From assembly GCF_016889725.1 (NCBI RefSeq), contig NZ_CP069528.1: a stretch of 24,000 bases of DNA; one strand, 5' to 3'. Numbering within the stretch: the first letter of the stretch is position 1; each line of letters opens with the position of its first letter. The notes beneath the pieces were generated by a model. The model was not told where the DNA came from and searched no databases. It worked only from the letters and a program-made list of their open reading frames with translations. Below are positions 1 through 11,269 of the stretch, in pieces. The position numbers were made by a program, and so were the translations under genes. Source of the DNA: Escherichia coli. GTDB taxonomy: Bacteria; Pseudomonadota; Gammaproteobacteria; Enterobacterales; Enterobacteriaceae.

Positions 1-1
1 C

Positions 2-691
2 CTGCCGAAAGGCGGTACTGTACTGAACATTCCGCAGCAGCTGATCCTGCCGGATACCGTTCATGAAGGCATCGTCATTAACAGTGCAGAGATGCGTCTG
101 TATTACTATCCGAAAGGGACCAACACCGTTATCGTGCTGCCGATCGGCATTGGTCAGTTAGGCAAAGACACGCCTATCAACTGGACCACCAAAGTTGAGC
201 GTAAAAAAGCAGGCCCGACCTGGACGCCGACCGCTAAAATGCACGCAGAGTACCGCGCTGCGGGCGAACCGCTTCCGGCGGTCGTTCCGGCTGGTCCGGA
301 TAACCCGATGGGGCTGTATGCACTCTACATCGGTCGCCTGTACGCTATCCATGGCACCAACGCCAACTTCGGTATCGGCCTGCGTGTAAGTCATGGTTGT
401 GTGCGTCTGCGTAACGAAGACATCAAATTCCTGTTCGAGAAAGTACCGGTCGGTACCCGCGTACAGTTTATTGATGAGCCGGTAAAAGCGACCACCGAGC
501 CAGACGGCAGCCGTTATATTGAAGTCCATAACCCGCTGTCTACAACCGAAGCCCAGTTTGAAGGTCAGGAAATTGTGCCAATTACCCTGACGAAGAGCGT
601 GCAGACAGTGACCGGTCAGCCAGATGTTGACCAGGTTGTTCTGGATGAAGCGATCAAAAATCGTTCCGGGATGCCGGTTCGTCTGAATTAA
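2..691 (+). CDS. ldtB: L,D-transpeptidase LdtB (YbiS), 5'-truncated by window start
   Basis: Open frame from base 2; contains the L,D-transpeptidase catalytic motif [24 protein letters not shown]; neighbours match the E. coli ybiS-ybiR-mntR order. Confidence 0.95.
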
Positions 692-708
692 TCTTCAAAA
701 CGTAAAGC

Positions 709-736
709 AAAGGCGGACTCATAATCCGCCTTTTTA
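709..736 (+). terminator. Rho-independent terminator after ldtB
   Basis: Hairpin AGGCGGA..TCCGCCT followed by T-run (aaaggcggactcataatccgcctttttaa). Confidence 0.75.
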
Positions 737-748
737 ATTTGACAGACC

Positions 749-1867
749 TTATCCCGCCGGGATCATAACCAACAAAACATATCCCACCAGCGCCGCCCAC
801 AACAGCATCGGTATCGAATAAAGATGAAAACGCCACCAGATACGGCGATCGTTCGCCATCCGTAACGCAATCAAATTTGCCAGCGATCCGGGTAATAAAC
901 CAAAGCCCCCCACGTTTACCGCCCATGCCAGTAATAAAGACGGTGGCACATAATTGAGCAGCAAAATGGTACTCGGCACGTTACTGATCACCTGCGATAA
1001 ACCGATCGCCGTTAACCATAATCCGGGTTCGGATAAATGACTCACGTTACTTAACACCCCCTGCAAAACTGGCAGTTGGGTTAGTAAATGGACGTCGATA
1101 AACATCGCCATAAACACCAGCAGCAGCGTCCAGTCCACACTGAGCACCACACGACGCGCCAGCAGCGCAAAGCCCGCCGCCACAATCACCAGTCCCCACA
1201 GCTCTTGTTTTAACTCCAGCGCCGTCAGAAAGACGATATACAGCCCCAGACAACTCCACACCAGCCGCGGTTTCCACTCCGGCGTTTGCACCCCCGTATG
1301 GTATTGCAGCGCCTTTCCAGGGAAACAACACCAGCACAACAGCAGGAGTGTCAGCATCATTGCGCCAGCCAGCGGTGCCATTTGGGCAATAAATCCGGCA
1401 AACGAAAGACCAGAACGTCCCCAGATAAGAATATTTTGCGGGTTGCCAATTGGCGTCAGTAGCGAACCAGCGTTGACTGCCAGCGCCTCAAAAATAATCA
1501 GCCGATTAACCGGAATCTCACACAGTCTTTTTAGCGTGATAGTCAGCGGAACAACTATAAACAGTGCGACATCGTTGGTCAGAAAGGTAGAAAGCAGCGC
1601 TGCCGCCAGTACCATAAACATCGCCAGCCGACGCTCCGTAGCAAAACGGCGCACCATTTTGCGCCCCAGCACATCAAAATAACCGCTTAACTCGACACCT
1701 TTGGTCAGCAGCATCAGGCCGCTTAAGGTGATGATGGTGTGCCAGTCGATAGCAGCAGGCCAGGATTTCGGTGCAAAGGGAACGAAAAAACTTAATCCGA
1801 TGCCAACAAGAATTAATAACTGAAAAAAACGATCGCCTTGCAGCGTGCGTAAAAAAGGCAGGCTCAT
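749..1867 (-). CDS. ybiR: Putative anion/transport membrane protein YbiR
   Basis: 372 aa multi-TM protein of the ion transporter (ArsB/NhaD-like) superfamily; overlaps the mntR end; syntenic. Confidence 0.9.
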
Positions 1868-2331
1868 TTGGCACCGTGTTTCTGGGTAAACAAACGAAAG
1901 GCATCCAGCGTCTCTTCACTAACATGGTGCTCCATACCTTCCGCGTCGCGACGGGCGATTTCCGGACTGACGCCCAACACCAACAAGAAATTTTCGACTA
2001 TCTGATGTCGCTCGCGGCTTTCCTGCGCCAGCTTCTCTCCTTCTGCCGTTAAAAACACGCCACGCCAGGGGATCATTTCAATCAGCCCCATGGTTGCCAG
2101 TCGCTTAAGCATTTTAGCCACCGTCGGTTGCGAAACCCCCAGACGAGCAGCCATGTCCACCTGACGAGCTTCCCCCACTTCCCTGATCAAGTCAGAAATC
2201 AGCTCAACGTAATCATCAATCAGCTCGCGCCGATGCGCCTCTCTGACCTGGCGGAACCCTTCAACGTGCTCTTCCACGTTCACTAACTGCGTCACTTTTT
2301 TTGCTGTTGGCGTACCTGCGCGACGACTCAT
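1864..2331 (-). CDS. mntR: Manganese-responsive transcriptional regulator MntR
   Basis: 155 aa DtxR/MntR family: [44 protein letters not shown]; divergent from mntS. Confidence 0.95.
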
Positions 2332-2440
2332 TGTGCTTCCTCATTATGGTGACGCATACATAGCGTTCTCATTTCGTGCGCACATTGTAAACCAGAGTTG
2401 CGAGGGTACAAAAAATTAACGTTTTAGCAATAGCTATATA

Positions 2441-2458
2441 ATATAGCCTGTGCTATAT
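2441..2458 (+). promoter_or_regulatory. Probable MntR box upstream of mntS
   Basis: Inverted repeat ATATAGC-CTGT-GCTATAT, resembling known E. coli MntR sites, about 60 bp before the mntS start. Confidence 0.65.
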
Positions 2459-2516
2459 CTGTATATAATGCAATCATCCCTCAAGGATCGATGGGATTAG
2501 CAAGTAAGGAGGTCTT

Positions 2517-2645
2517 ATGAATGAGTTCAAGAGGTGTATGCGCGTGTTTAGTCATTCTCCCTTTAAAGTACGGTTAATGCTGCTCTCTATGTTGTGCGAT
2601 ATGGTCAACAACAAACCGCAGCAGGATAAACCTTCCGATAAATAG
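2517..2645 (+). CDS. mntS: Small manganese-related protein MntS (42 aa; overlaps RybA RNA)
   Basis: Translates to MNEFKRCMRVFSHSPFKVRLMLLSMLCDMVNNKPQQDKPSDK; AAGGAGG ribosome-binding site just upstream; not listed in the supplied ORF track. Confidence 0.93.
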   Translation: MNEFKRCMRVFSHSPFKVRLMLLSMLCDMVNNKPQQDKPSDK

Positions 2646-2916
2646 CGGCGTCGCGGTACGCCGCTTCACTCCTGCTTTTATGCAGGCACAACGCGTTTTG
2701 GTCTGAAAAACCCCACTTTTTGTCGGATTTGCAATCCCCTTCGCAAAAGATTTGTTCGTCGGTAGTTGACCTGAACAGCAGCTCGCTCTATCTTCTTGCA
2801 GCCCTGCGTATATTGCGGCTCGCGGATGCGGACCCCTTTCCCCTCTTCACGCACTCTTGCAGGTATTGACCCTTGACGCCAGGGTAAGCACATGGCGTTT
2901 GTTACGATAGTGGCAT

Positions 2917-4500
2917 ATGAATTTAACCCTCAAAGAATCGCTTGTTACCCGTAGCCGGGTATTTAGCCCGTGGACTGCGTTCTACTTTTTACAGTCGCTA
3001 TTAATTAACCTCGGCTTAGGTTACCCCTTCAGTTTGCTCTACACCGCTGCGTTTACGGCTATTTTGCTTTTGCTATGGCGAACATTGCCTCGCGTACAAA
3101 AAGTTCTGGTCGGTATCAGCTCGCTGGTGGCGGCTTGTTATTTCCCTTTTGCTCAGGCCTACGGCGCGCCTAACTTCAATACATTGCTGGCATTGCACTC
3201 CACCAATATGGAAGAGTCGACCGAAATCCTGACGATTTTTCCATGGTACAGCTACCTGGTCGGCATATTTATTTTTGCGCTCGGCGTAATAGCGATCAGG
3301 CGAAAAAAAGAGAGTGAAAAAGCGCGCTGGAATACCTTCGACAGCCTGTGCCTGGTATTCAGTGTAGCGACATTTTTTGTTGCTCCCGTGCAAAACCTGG
3401 CCTGGGGCGGCGTATTTAAACTGAAAGATACTGGCTATCCGGTATTTCGTTTTGCTAAGGATGTCATCGTCAATAATAACGAGGTGATTGAAGAGCAAGA
3501 ACGGATGGCAAAACTTTCCGGAATGAAAGATACCTGGACGGTCACTGCCGTTAAGCCGAAGTATCAGACCTATGTGGTGGTGATCGGAGAAAGCGCGCGT
3601 CGCGATGCCCTCGGTGCCTTTGGCGGTCACTGGGACAATACCCCGTTTGCCAGCAGCGTTAACGGTTTGATATTTGCTGACTACATTGCCGCCAGTGGCT
3701 CGACGCAGAAATCGCTTGGCTTAACGCTCAATCGCGTTGTCGATGGCAAACCACAGTTTCAGGATAACTTTGTCACCCTGGCAAATCGCGCGGGCTTCCA
3801 GACCTGGTGGTTTTCCAACCAGGGTCAAATCGGCGAATACGATACCGCCATCGCCAGCATCGCCAAACGAGCAGATGAAGTGTACTTCCTGAAAGAAGGT
3901 AATTTTGAAGCAGATAAAAACACGAAAGACGAAGCGTTACTGGATATGACCGCTCAAGTGCTGGCGCAAGAGCACTCGCAACCACAGCTGATTGTTCTAC
4001 ATCTGATGGGCTCGCATCCGCAGGCCTGCGACCGGACACAAGGAAAATACGAAACCTTTGTGCAATCGAAAGAAACGTCGTGCTATCTCTATACCATGAC
4101 GCAAACAGACGATTTACTGCGCAAGCTGTACGATCAGTTACGCAACAGCGGCAGCAGCTTCTCGCTGGTTTACTTTTCTGACCACGGTCTGGCCTTTAAA
4201 GAGCGCGGCAAAGACGTGCAATACCTTGCTCATGATGATAAGTATCAGCAAAATTTCCAGGTGCCTTTTATGGTCATTTCCAGCGACGATAAAGCGCATC
4301 GGGTGATTAAAGCCCGCCGCTCTGCCAATGACTTCTTAGGCTTTTTCTCGCAGTGGACGGGAATTAAAGCGAAGGAAATAAATATCAAATACCCGTTTAT
4401 TTCTGAGAAGAAAGCCGGGCCGATATACATCACCAACTTCCAGTTACAGAAGGTGGATTACAACCATCTCGGAACCGATAATTTCGACCCGAAACCTTAA
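2917..4500 (+). CDS. opgE: Phosphoethanolamine transferase OpgE (YbiP)
   Basis: 527 aa; N-terminal TM region and sulfatase-fold domain with GESARRDALGAFGGHWDNTPFA, SDHG and HDD motifs; between mntS and ompX. Confidence 0.92.
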   Translation: MNLTLKESLVTRSRVFSPWTAFYFLQSLLINLGLGYPFSLLYTAAFTAILLLLWRTLPRVQKVLVGISSLVAACYFPFAQAYGAPNFNTLLALHSTNMEESTEILTIFPWYSYLVGIFIFALGVIAIRRKKESEKARWNTFDSLCLVFSVATFFVAPVQNLAWGGVFKLKDTGYPVFRFAKDVIVNNNEVIEEQERMAKLSGMKDTWTVTAVKPKYQTYVVVIGESARRDALGAFGGHWDNTPFASSVNGLIFADYIAASGSTQKSLGLTLNRVVDGKPQFQDNFVTLANRAGFQTWWFSNQGQIGEYDTAIASIAKRADEVYFLKEGNFEADKNTKDEALLDMTAQVLAQEHSQPQLIVLHLMGSHPQACDRTQGKYETFVQSKETSCYLYTMTQTDDLLRKLYDQLRNSGSSFSLVYFSDHGLAFKERGKDVQYLAHDDKYQQNFQVPFMVISSDDKAHRVIKARRSANDFLGFFSQWTGIKAKEINIKYPFISEKKAGPIYITNFQLQKVDYNHLGTDNFDPKP

Positions 4501-4505
4501 AACAA

Positions 4506-4536
4506 AAAAATCCGCCCCGAGAGGCGGATTTTTATA
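4506..4536. terminator. Bidirectional terminator between opgE and ompX
   Basis: aaaaaaatccgccccgagaggcggattttta: stem AATCCGCC/GGCGGATT flanked by A-run and T-run. Confidence 0.8.
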
Positions 4537-4548
4537 TCACCGAAGTGA

Positions 4549-5064
4549 TTAGAAACGGTAACCAACACCGGCAATCCAGGTGCCTACGTCAACGCTACGA
4601 ATACGGCTCTGCTCGTAAGAGAAGTCCAGAGCAACGTTTTCCATCGGGTTGAACTGCAGACCAGCACCGTAGGAGAAACCGTAGTCGCTGGTGTCGTGTT
4701 TGTAGGTCGGGTATTCAGTGGTCTGGAATTTACCATAACCCACACCCACTACACCGTAGATGCTTGCCCAGTCGTTAATGCGGTAAGCCGGACCAGCAGT
4801 GATGCCGTAGTACTGGTTTTTGTTGTAGTCACCAGAGCTTGCAGTACGGCTTTTCTCGGTGTAAGTGAAAGAACCGATCACACCCAGCGGGCTGTTGTCT
4901 TCTTCATAGCGGTATTTCAGGTTGAAACCGCCCATTTTGTTCATTTGGCCCTGAGCGTCGCTCTGTGCGTAACCGCCAGTTACAGTAGAAGTCGCAGCTA
5001 CGGAAGTACCTGCGGTGAAAGCCAGAACTGCGGCCAGTGCTGAAAGACATGCAATTTTTTTCAT
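4549..5064 (-). CDS. ompX: Outer membrane protein OmpX
   Basis: 171 aa, MKKIACLSALAAVLAFTAGTSVAATSTVTGGYAQ...GVGYRF; signal peptide plus beta-barrel ending in aromatic F. Confidence 0.97.
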   Translation of the reverse strand: MKKIACLSALAAVLAFTAGTSVAATSTVTGGYAQSDAQGQMNKMGGFNLKYRYEEDNSPLGVIGSFTYTEKSRTASSGDYNKNQYYGITAGPAYRINDWASIYGVVGVGYGKFQTTEYPTYKHDTSDYGFSYGAGLQFNPMENVALDFSYEQSRIRSVDVGTWIAGVGYRF

Positions 5065-5416
5065 AACCACCTCAAATGTGATTCAAATAAGTCCTAAGTT
5101 TTAAATATATCAAAAATTAATGGGAAACTCTTCGCGATTTATGATGTCTAACGGGCCATTTCATGTAACAGAACGTTTCCATACACCGCTATCCATCTAA
5201 ATTTAAATCACTTTTTCAGAGAACTGCGTAAGTATTACGCATGTTTTCCCTGTCATTCATCCAGATTATTCCTAATCACCAGACTAATGATTCCATCAAT
5301 CCTGGCGCATTTTAGTCAAAACGGGGGAAAATTTTTTCAACAAATGCTCAACCAGCATTGGGTATATCCAGTACACTCCACGCTTTACTTAGGTTTAGAT
5401 ATTTGTGGGAGAAAGG

Positions 5417-6304
5417 ATGCCTGGTTCATTACGTAAAATGCCGGTCTGGTTACCAATAGTCATATTGCTCGTTGCCATGGCGTCTATTCAGGGTGGAGCC
5501 TCGTTAGCTAAGTCACTTTTTCCTCTGGTGGGCGCACCGGGGGTCACTGCGCTGCGTCTGGCATTAGGCACGCTGATCCTCATCGCGTTCTTTAAGCCAT
5601 GGCGACTGCGCTTTGCCAAAGAGCAACGATTACCGCTGTTGTTTTACGGCGTTTCGCTGGGTGGAATGAATTATCTTTTTTATCTTTCTATTCAGACGGT
5701 ACCGCTGGGTATTGCGGTGGCGCTGGAGTTCACCGGACCACTGGCGGTGGCACTGTTCTCTTCTCGTCGCCCGGTAGATTTCGTCTGGGTTGTGCTGGCG
5801 GTTCTTGGTCTGTGGTTCCTGCTACCGCTGGGGCAAGACGTTTCCCATGTCGATTTAACCGGCTGTGCACTGGCACTGGGGGCCGGGGCTTGTTGGGCTA
5901 TTTACATTTTAAGTGGGCAACGCGCTGGAGCGGAACATGGTCCTGCGACGGTGGCAATTGGTTCGTTGATTGCAGCGTTAATTTTCGTGCCAATTGGAGC
6001 GCTTCAGGCTGGTGAAGCACTCTGGCACTGGTCGGTTATTCCATTGGGTCTGGCTGTCGCTATTCTCTCGACCGCTCTGCCTTATTCGCTGGAAATGATT
6101 GCCCTCACCCGTTTGCCAACACGCACATTTGGTACGCTAATGAGCATGGAACCTGCGCTGGCTGCCGTTTCCGGGATGATTTTCCTCGGAGAAACACTGA
6201 CACCCATACAGCTGCTGGCGCTCGGCGCTATCATCGCCGCTTCAATGGGTTCTACGCTGACAGTACGCAAAGAGAGCAAAATAAAAGAATTAGACATAAA
6301 TTAA
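5417..6304 (+). CDS. rhtA: Threonine/homoserine exporter RhtA
   Basis: 295 aa EamA/DMT-family transporter starting MPGSLRKMPVWLPIV; syntenic between ompX and dps. Confidence 0.95.
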   Translation: MPGSLRKMPVWLPIVILLVAMASIQGGASLAKSLFPLVGAPGVTALRLALGTLILIAFFKPWRLRFAKEQRLPLLFYGVSLGGMNYLFYLSIQTVPLGIAVALEFTGPLAVALFSSRRPVDFVWVVLAVLGLWFLLPLGQDVSHVDLTGCALALGAGACWAIYILSGQRAGAEHGPATVAIGSLIAALIFVPIGALQAGEALWHWSVIPLGLAVAILSTALPYSLEMIALTRLPTRTFGTLMSMEPALAAVSGMIFLGETLTPIQLLALGAIIAASMGSTLTVRKESKIKELDIN

Positions 6305-6429
6305 ATTTACATTTCTGCATGGTTATGCATAACCATGCAGATTTTCTCGCTACTTTTCCTCTACGCCGTCTTTATATATCGAATTATGCAAAAGCATATT
6401 TATTCCGAAAATTCCTGGCGAGCAAATAA

Positions 6430-7107
<678 letters not shown>

Positions 7108-7148
7108 ATCCATCGCTGATGGTGCAGAACTTTAGTACACGATAAAAG

Positions 7149-7177
7149 CGGCTTCCTGACAGGAGGCCGTTTTGTTT
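7149..7177 (+). terminator. Terminator downstream of dps
   Basis: cggcttcctgacaggaggccgttttgttt imperfect hairpin plus T-rich tail. Confidence 0.65.
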
Positions 7178-7324
7178 TGTAGCCCGCCTCAACGCACTTA
7201 TTTAGTGCATCCATCTGCTATCACCAGCTGGTTAAGTAAATTTTTTGTATCCACATCATCACACAATCGTTACATAAAGATTGTTTTTTCATCAGGTTTT
7301 ACGCTAAATAATCACTGTGTTGAG

Positions 7325-7353
7325 TGCACAATTTTAGCGCACCAGTTTGGTGC
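7325..7353 (+). promoter_or_regulatory. Probable NtrC (GlnG) binding region upstream of glnH
   Basis: Contains palindrome GCACCAGTTTGGTGC (7339..7353) and a weaker adjacent TGCACAATTTTAGCGCA, matching NtrC-like half sites. Confidence 0.6.
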
Positions 7354-7439
7354 CCCAGAATGGTGCATCTTCAGGGTATTGCCCTATAAATCGTGCATCA
7401 CGTTTTTGCCGCATCTCGAAAAATCAATGAGTTGCAAAA

Positions 7440-7456
7440 CTGGCACGATTTTTTCA
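7440..7456 (+). promoter_or_regulatory. Sigma-54 promoter of glnH
   Basis: CTGGCACGATTTTTTCA matches the -24/-12 pattern TGGCACG-N4-TTGC, about 55 bp upstream of glnH. Confidence 0.65.
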
Positions 7457-7495
7457 TATATGTGAATGTCACGCAGGGGATCGTCCCGTGGATAG

Positions 7496-8257
<762 letters not shown>

Positions 8258-8485
8258 TAACGCGGCGCCTGTAAAGCGCACTGGCAGTTCCCTCTCCCCG
8301 CCGGGGAGGATCTATTAAGTTCTGTTGCTATCAACTGATTTCAACAGAACTCTATCCTCTCCCTTCAACAGCTTTTAAAATAAGGCATTATCAGAAATCT
8401 CTCCTCTCTGGATGTCAACCATCTTCCATGTGCATCAAGATAATTTTGGGGGCTATTATGGGGGCTACTTTTCGGGATTAACATT

Positions 8486-9664
8486 ATGCCACTTACTGTT
8501 CGACAAATTGAGTCAGCTAAACCCGCTGACAAGGATTACAAACTTTCCGACGGTCAGGGACTTTATCTTCTTGTCAAAAAATCCGGTTCCCGTTACTGGA
8601 ATCTGAAGTACCGTTTTGCCGGTAAGGAAAAGAAACTGGTGATTGGTGTCTATCCTGACATATCTCTGGCTCAGGCGCGTCAGAAACGGGATGAAGCGCG
8701 TAAACTCCTGGCTGAAGGAAAGGACCCGTCATATGAGAAACAGGCGCTAAAATTTGCCATCAGGGAGAGTATGGCCTGCACATTCCGCACCATTGCAGAG
8801 GAACTGCTTACCCATATGGCACGTCGATGGACAGCAGGTTACCAGGCAGACCAGCGTGCAAGACTTGAAAATCATGTTTTCCCTGCCCTTGGAAACCGTC
8901 CTGTGACCGGGATACGTCCCATGGAAATACTGAACGTCCTGAGGGTGATTGAAGAACAGGGAAAACTTGAAGCACTGCGTAAAACACGCCAGCTCTGTGC
9001 GCAGGTTTTTGATTATGCCATAGCAACAGGACGTGCAACTGTTAACCCAGCGTCAACACTCAGCGGGGTACTGCTTCCTCCTGAAAAACAACAGCGCAGG
9101 ACACTTTCTGAAGAGCAGATGGGGGCTTTCATGCATCAGATGACGGCTTCCGGAAATCTGATGTCACTGGCAACGCGAATGCTGGTTCTTACAGCGGTTC
9201 GCACCGGAGAACTGCGGCTGGCGAGCTGGGATGAAATAAACTTCACGGAGGCCCTGTGGGTTATTCCAAAAGAAAGAATGAAAATGCGACGACCGCATGT
9301 TGTGCCGCTTTCACGTCAGGTACTGGCGTTACTGAAGGAGATAAAAACACGCACTGAATCGCGTCATTCCGCCTTTATTATTCCCGGGGCATTCAGGAAA
9401 GACCGCCCCCGGGGCCGTAAGTGTATTAATGAATTCCTTGAGCAGTCAGGCTGGCATGCCCTGACAACAGCTCACGGTTTTCGGCATACCTTCAGTACCA
9501 TTCTTCATGACCATGATTTCAGCTCGGCCTGGATTGAACTCCAGCTTGCCCACGTTGATAAAAACGTCATGCGTGGCACCTATAACCACGCGCAGTATCT
9601 CGATGGTCGCCGTGAAATGATGCAGTGGTACGCCGACTACATTGATTCACTCTCCAGCCAGTAA
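8486..9664 (+). CDS. P4-type tyrosine recombinase / integrase of the genomic island
   Basis: 392 aa; N-terminal arm-type domain (MPLTVRQIESAKPADKDYKLSDGQGLYLLVKKSGSRYWNLKYRFAGKEKKLVIGVYPDISLAQAR) and catalytic signatures TAVRTGELRLASWDE, HGFRHTFSTILHD, LAHVDKNVMRGTYNHAQY. Confidence 0.95.
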   Translation: MPLTVRQIESAKPADKDYKLSDGQGLYLLVKKSGSRYWNLKYRFAGKEKKLVIGVYPDISLAQARQKRDEARKLLAEGKDPSYEKQALKFAIRESMACTFRTIAEELLTHMARRWTAGYQADQRARLENHVFPALGNRPVTGIRPMEILNVLRVIEEQGKLEALRKTRQLCAQVFDYAIATGRATVNPASTLSGVLLPPEKQQRRTLSEEQMGAFMHQMTASGNLMSLATRMLVLTAVRTGELRLASWDEINFTEALWVIPKERMKMRRPHVVPLSRQVLALLKEIKTRTESRHSAFIIPGAFRKDRPRGRKCINEFLEQSGWHALTTAHGFRHTFSTILHDHDFSSAWIELQLAHVDKNVMRGTYNHAQYLDGRREMMQWYADYIDSLSSQ

Positions 9665-9716
9665 AGTTAAGTCAGAAATACTTTTCCATGATACTTTTTC
9701 CTGGTTAAGTATTTTA

Positions 9717-9748
9717 CCCTCCGGCCTGCAGGGCCGGAGGGGTTTTGT
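9717..9748 (+). terminator. Rho-independent terminator downstream of integrase
   Basis: 10-bp stem CCCTCCGGCC/GGCCGGAGGG followed by GTTTTGTT. Confidence 0.8.
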
Positions 9749-10088
9749 TATTAATTATATTTTTTCATCTGCAAAATTATCACAAAAAACATGATTGCAG
9801 ACAAATTGACATTTTCAGGCTGGTGATTACAGAATATGGCCTTGCACTTATTCCGGCACCTCCAGCAAAGGAAAAATTGATTCAGATATTATTTAGCATT
9901 TCAGTCATCTGACATCATTATAAAAAATGAAATTCATATAAAGATAATATTATTGTTATCAATGCCAGGCAGGTATGCACTGGCTTCGTAAGAAATGTTC
10001 ATTCGGGGGCCAGGACAGAGCCTGATACACAGCATCTCAACCTTTATGCTCCCGGACCATATCACCACAGGTTTTACAGGCTCAGAAA

Positions 10089-11129
10089 ATGAATGACAGA
10101 TTACGCTTTGAAGTGAACGATAACCAGGGGTGGTTCGTATTCCCGGACGCCTGGTTCGGCCCGTTGCTGGATGAGTTTGACGAACTGCTTGATGCATACG
10201 ACGCGGATGAAATCAGCGAAACAAGTTATATCAACAAACTCAGGCGTCTTTCCCGACAGGAGCCTGACTTTATTGATGTCCACGCTCACCTGGCATACGT
10301 ATTTCTGGAACAAAACTCTCCGCGTAAGGCACTGAACGCTGCGCTTAAAGGAATGGTGGTTGCTAATCGCCTTATACCTGAAAGTTTCAGCGGTGAAATC
10401 ATCTGGATGAATCCGCAAAACCGGCCTTATCTGCGCGCCCTTTATGCAACAATTCTCGCAAATGTGCACTTACAGCGTCACCGGCATGCTGTCATGCTCA
10501 TTGAAAAAATACTGGCGTACAACCCCGAAGATAATCAGGGAGCACGCTGGTTGCTGGGGTCGGAACTGTTACGTGCTGGCGACCATGAGCGCGCACTCCG
10601 TGTACTGAAATCGCATACCGGTGAATTCTCACCCTGCTGGTATGAACTCGGCCTTCTGCATTTTCTGAACGGGGAACATGTTAAGGCTGCCACAGCTTTT
10701 CGCCATGGCTTTGTCACAAACACTTACATCGCGGAAATGCTGTGCGGAAACCGGCATCCATTTCCACTTGCTGTGTGGCATAACTTTTCATGCGGTCCGG
10801 ATACTGCTGAAGATTATTATGTAACATACTCCCCATTATGGGGAGAATACCCGGAAGCACTGCTGTTTGTAAACTGGCTCTGTAACCATTCCGCTGTGCT
10901 GCATGAACGGGCAGAAATCATGAAATGCGCCGAAATGCTGATGCAGGAAGATGATGTCGAAATATGCGAGAGGATTTTAAGACAGCAGGAAAAGTTGCTG
11001 GAAAGAATCGACGAACGGAGTTCTGAAGAGATTGTACAGAAATGCAGAACATGGCGGGGAGAAGAAGTCTGGCCCTGGATATTGCCATTTACAGCCGGGG
11101 GAATAAATCCCTGTATCCGGTATCAGTAA
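10089..11129 (+). CDS. Tetratricopeptide-repeat-like protein of unknown function
   Basis: 346 aa complete ORF; helical repeat pattern (FIDVHAHLAYVFLEQNSPRKALNAALKG; NVHLQRHRHAVMLIEKILAYNPEDNQGARWLLGSELLRAGDHERALRVL; CWYELGLLHFLNGEHVKAATAF) typical of TPRs. Confidence 0.7.
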   Translation: MNDRLRFEVNDNQGWFVFPDAWFGPLLDEFDELLDAYDADEISETSYINKLRRLSRQEPDFIDVHAHLAYVFLEQNSPRKALNAALKGMVVANRLIPESFSGEIIWMNPQNRPYLRALYATILANVHLQRHRHAVMLIEKILAYNPEDNQGARWLLGSELLRAGDHERALRVLKSHTGEFSPCWYELGLLHFLNGEHVKAATAFRHGFVTNTYIAEMLCGNRHPFPLAVWHNFSCGPDTAEDYYVTYSPLWGEYPEALLFVNWLCNHSAVLHERAEIMKCAEMLMQEDDVEICERILRQQEKLLERIDERSSEEIVQKCRTWRGEEVWPWILPFTAGGINPCIRYQ

Positions 11130-11269
11130 ATATTGCATAGTGTATTTTTAAATAAGTAATAACTTATCTGATAATAATACAGTGAAATTCCCTTCCCCAG
11201 GTTATCGCCCTGGGGTTATTTTCTGAAAGTTTCTTTTGAAAAAATAGCGTAGTAAATTACTTTAACGAA

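Noticed and set aside
3073-3630. 185 aa minus-strand ORF inside opgE
   Set aside because: Antisense to conserved opgE and no family resemblance.
5599-6015. 138 aa ORF overlapping rhtA in another frame
   Set aside because: Shifted-frame product of the known rhtA coding sequence; no independent support.
8258-8485. tRNA gene as the integrase target
   Set aside because: No cloverleaf-like sequence, GTTCGANTC motif or CCA end found between glnH and the integrase.
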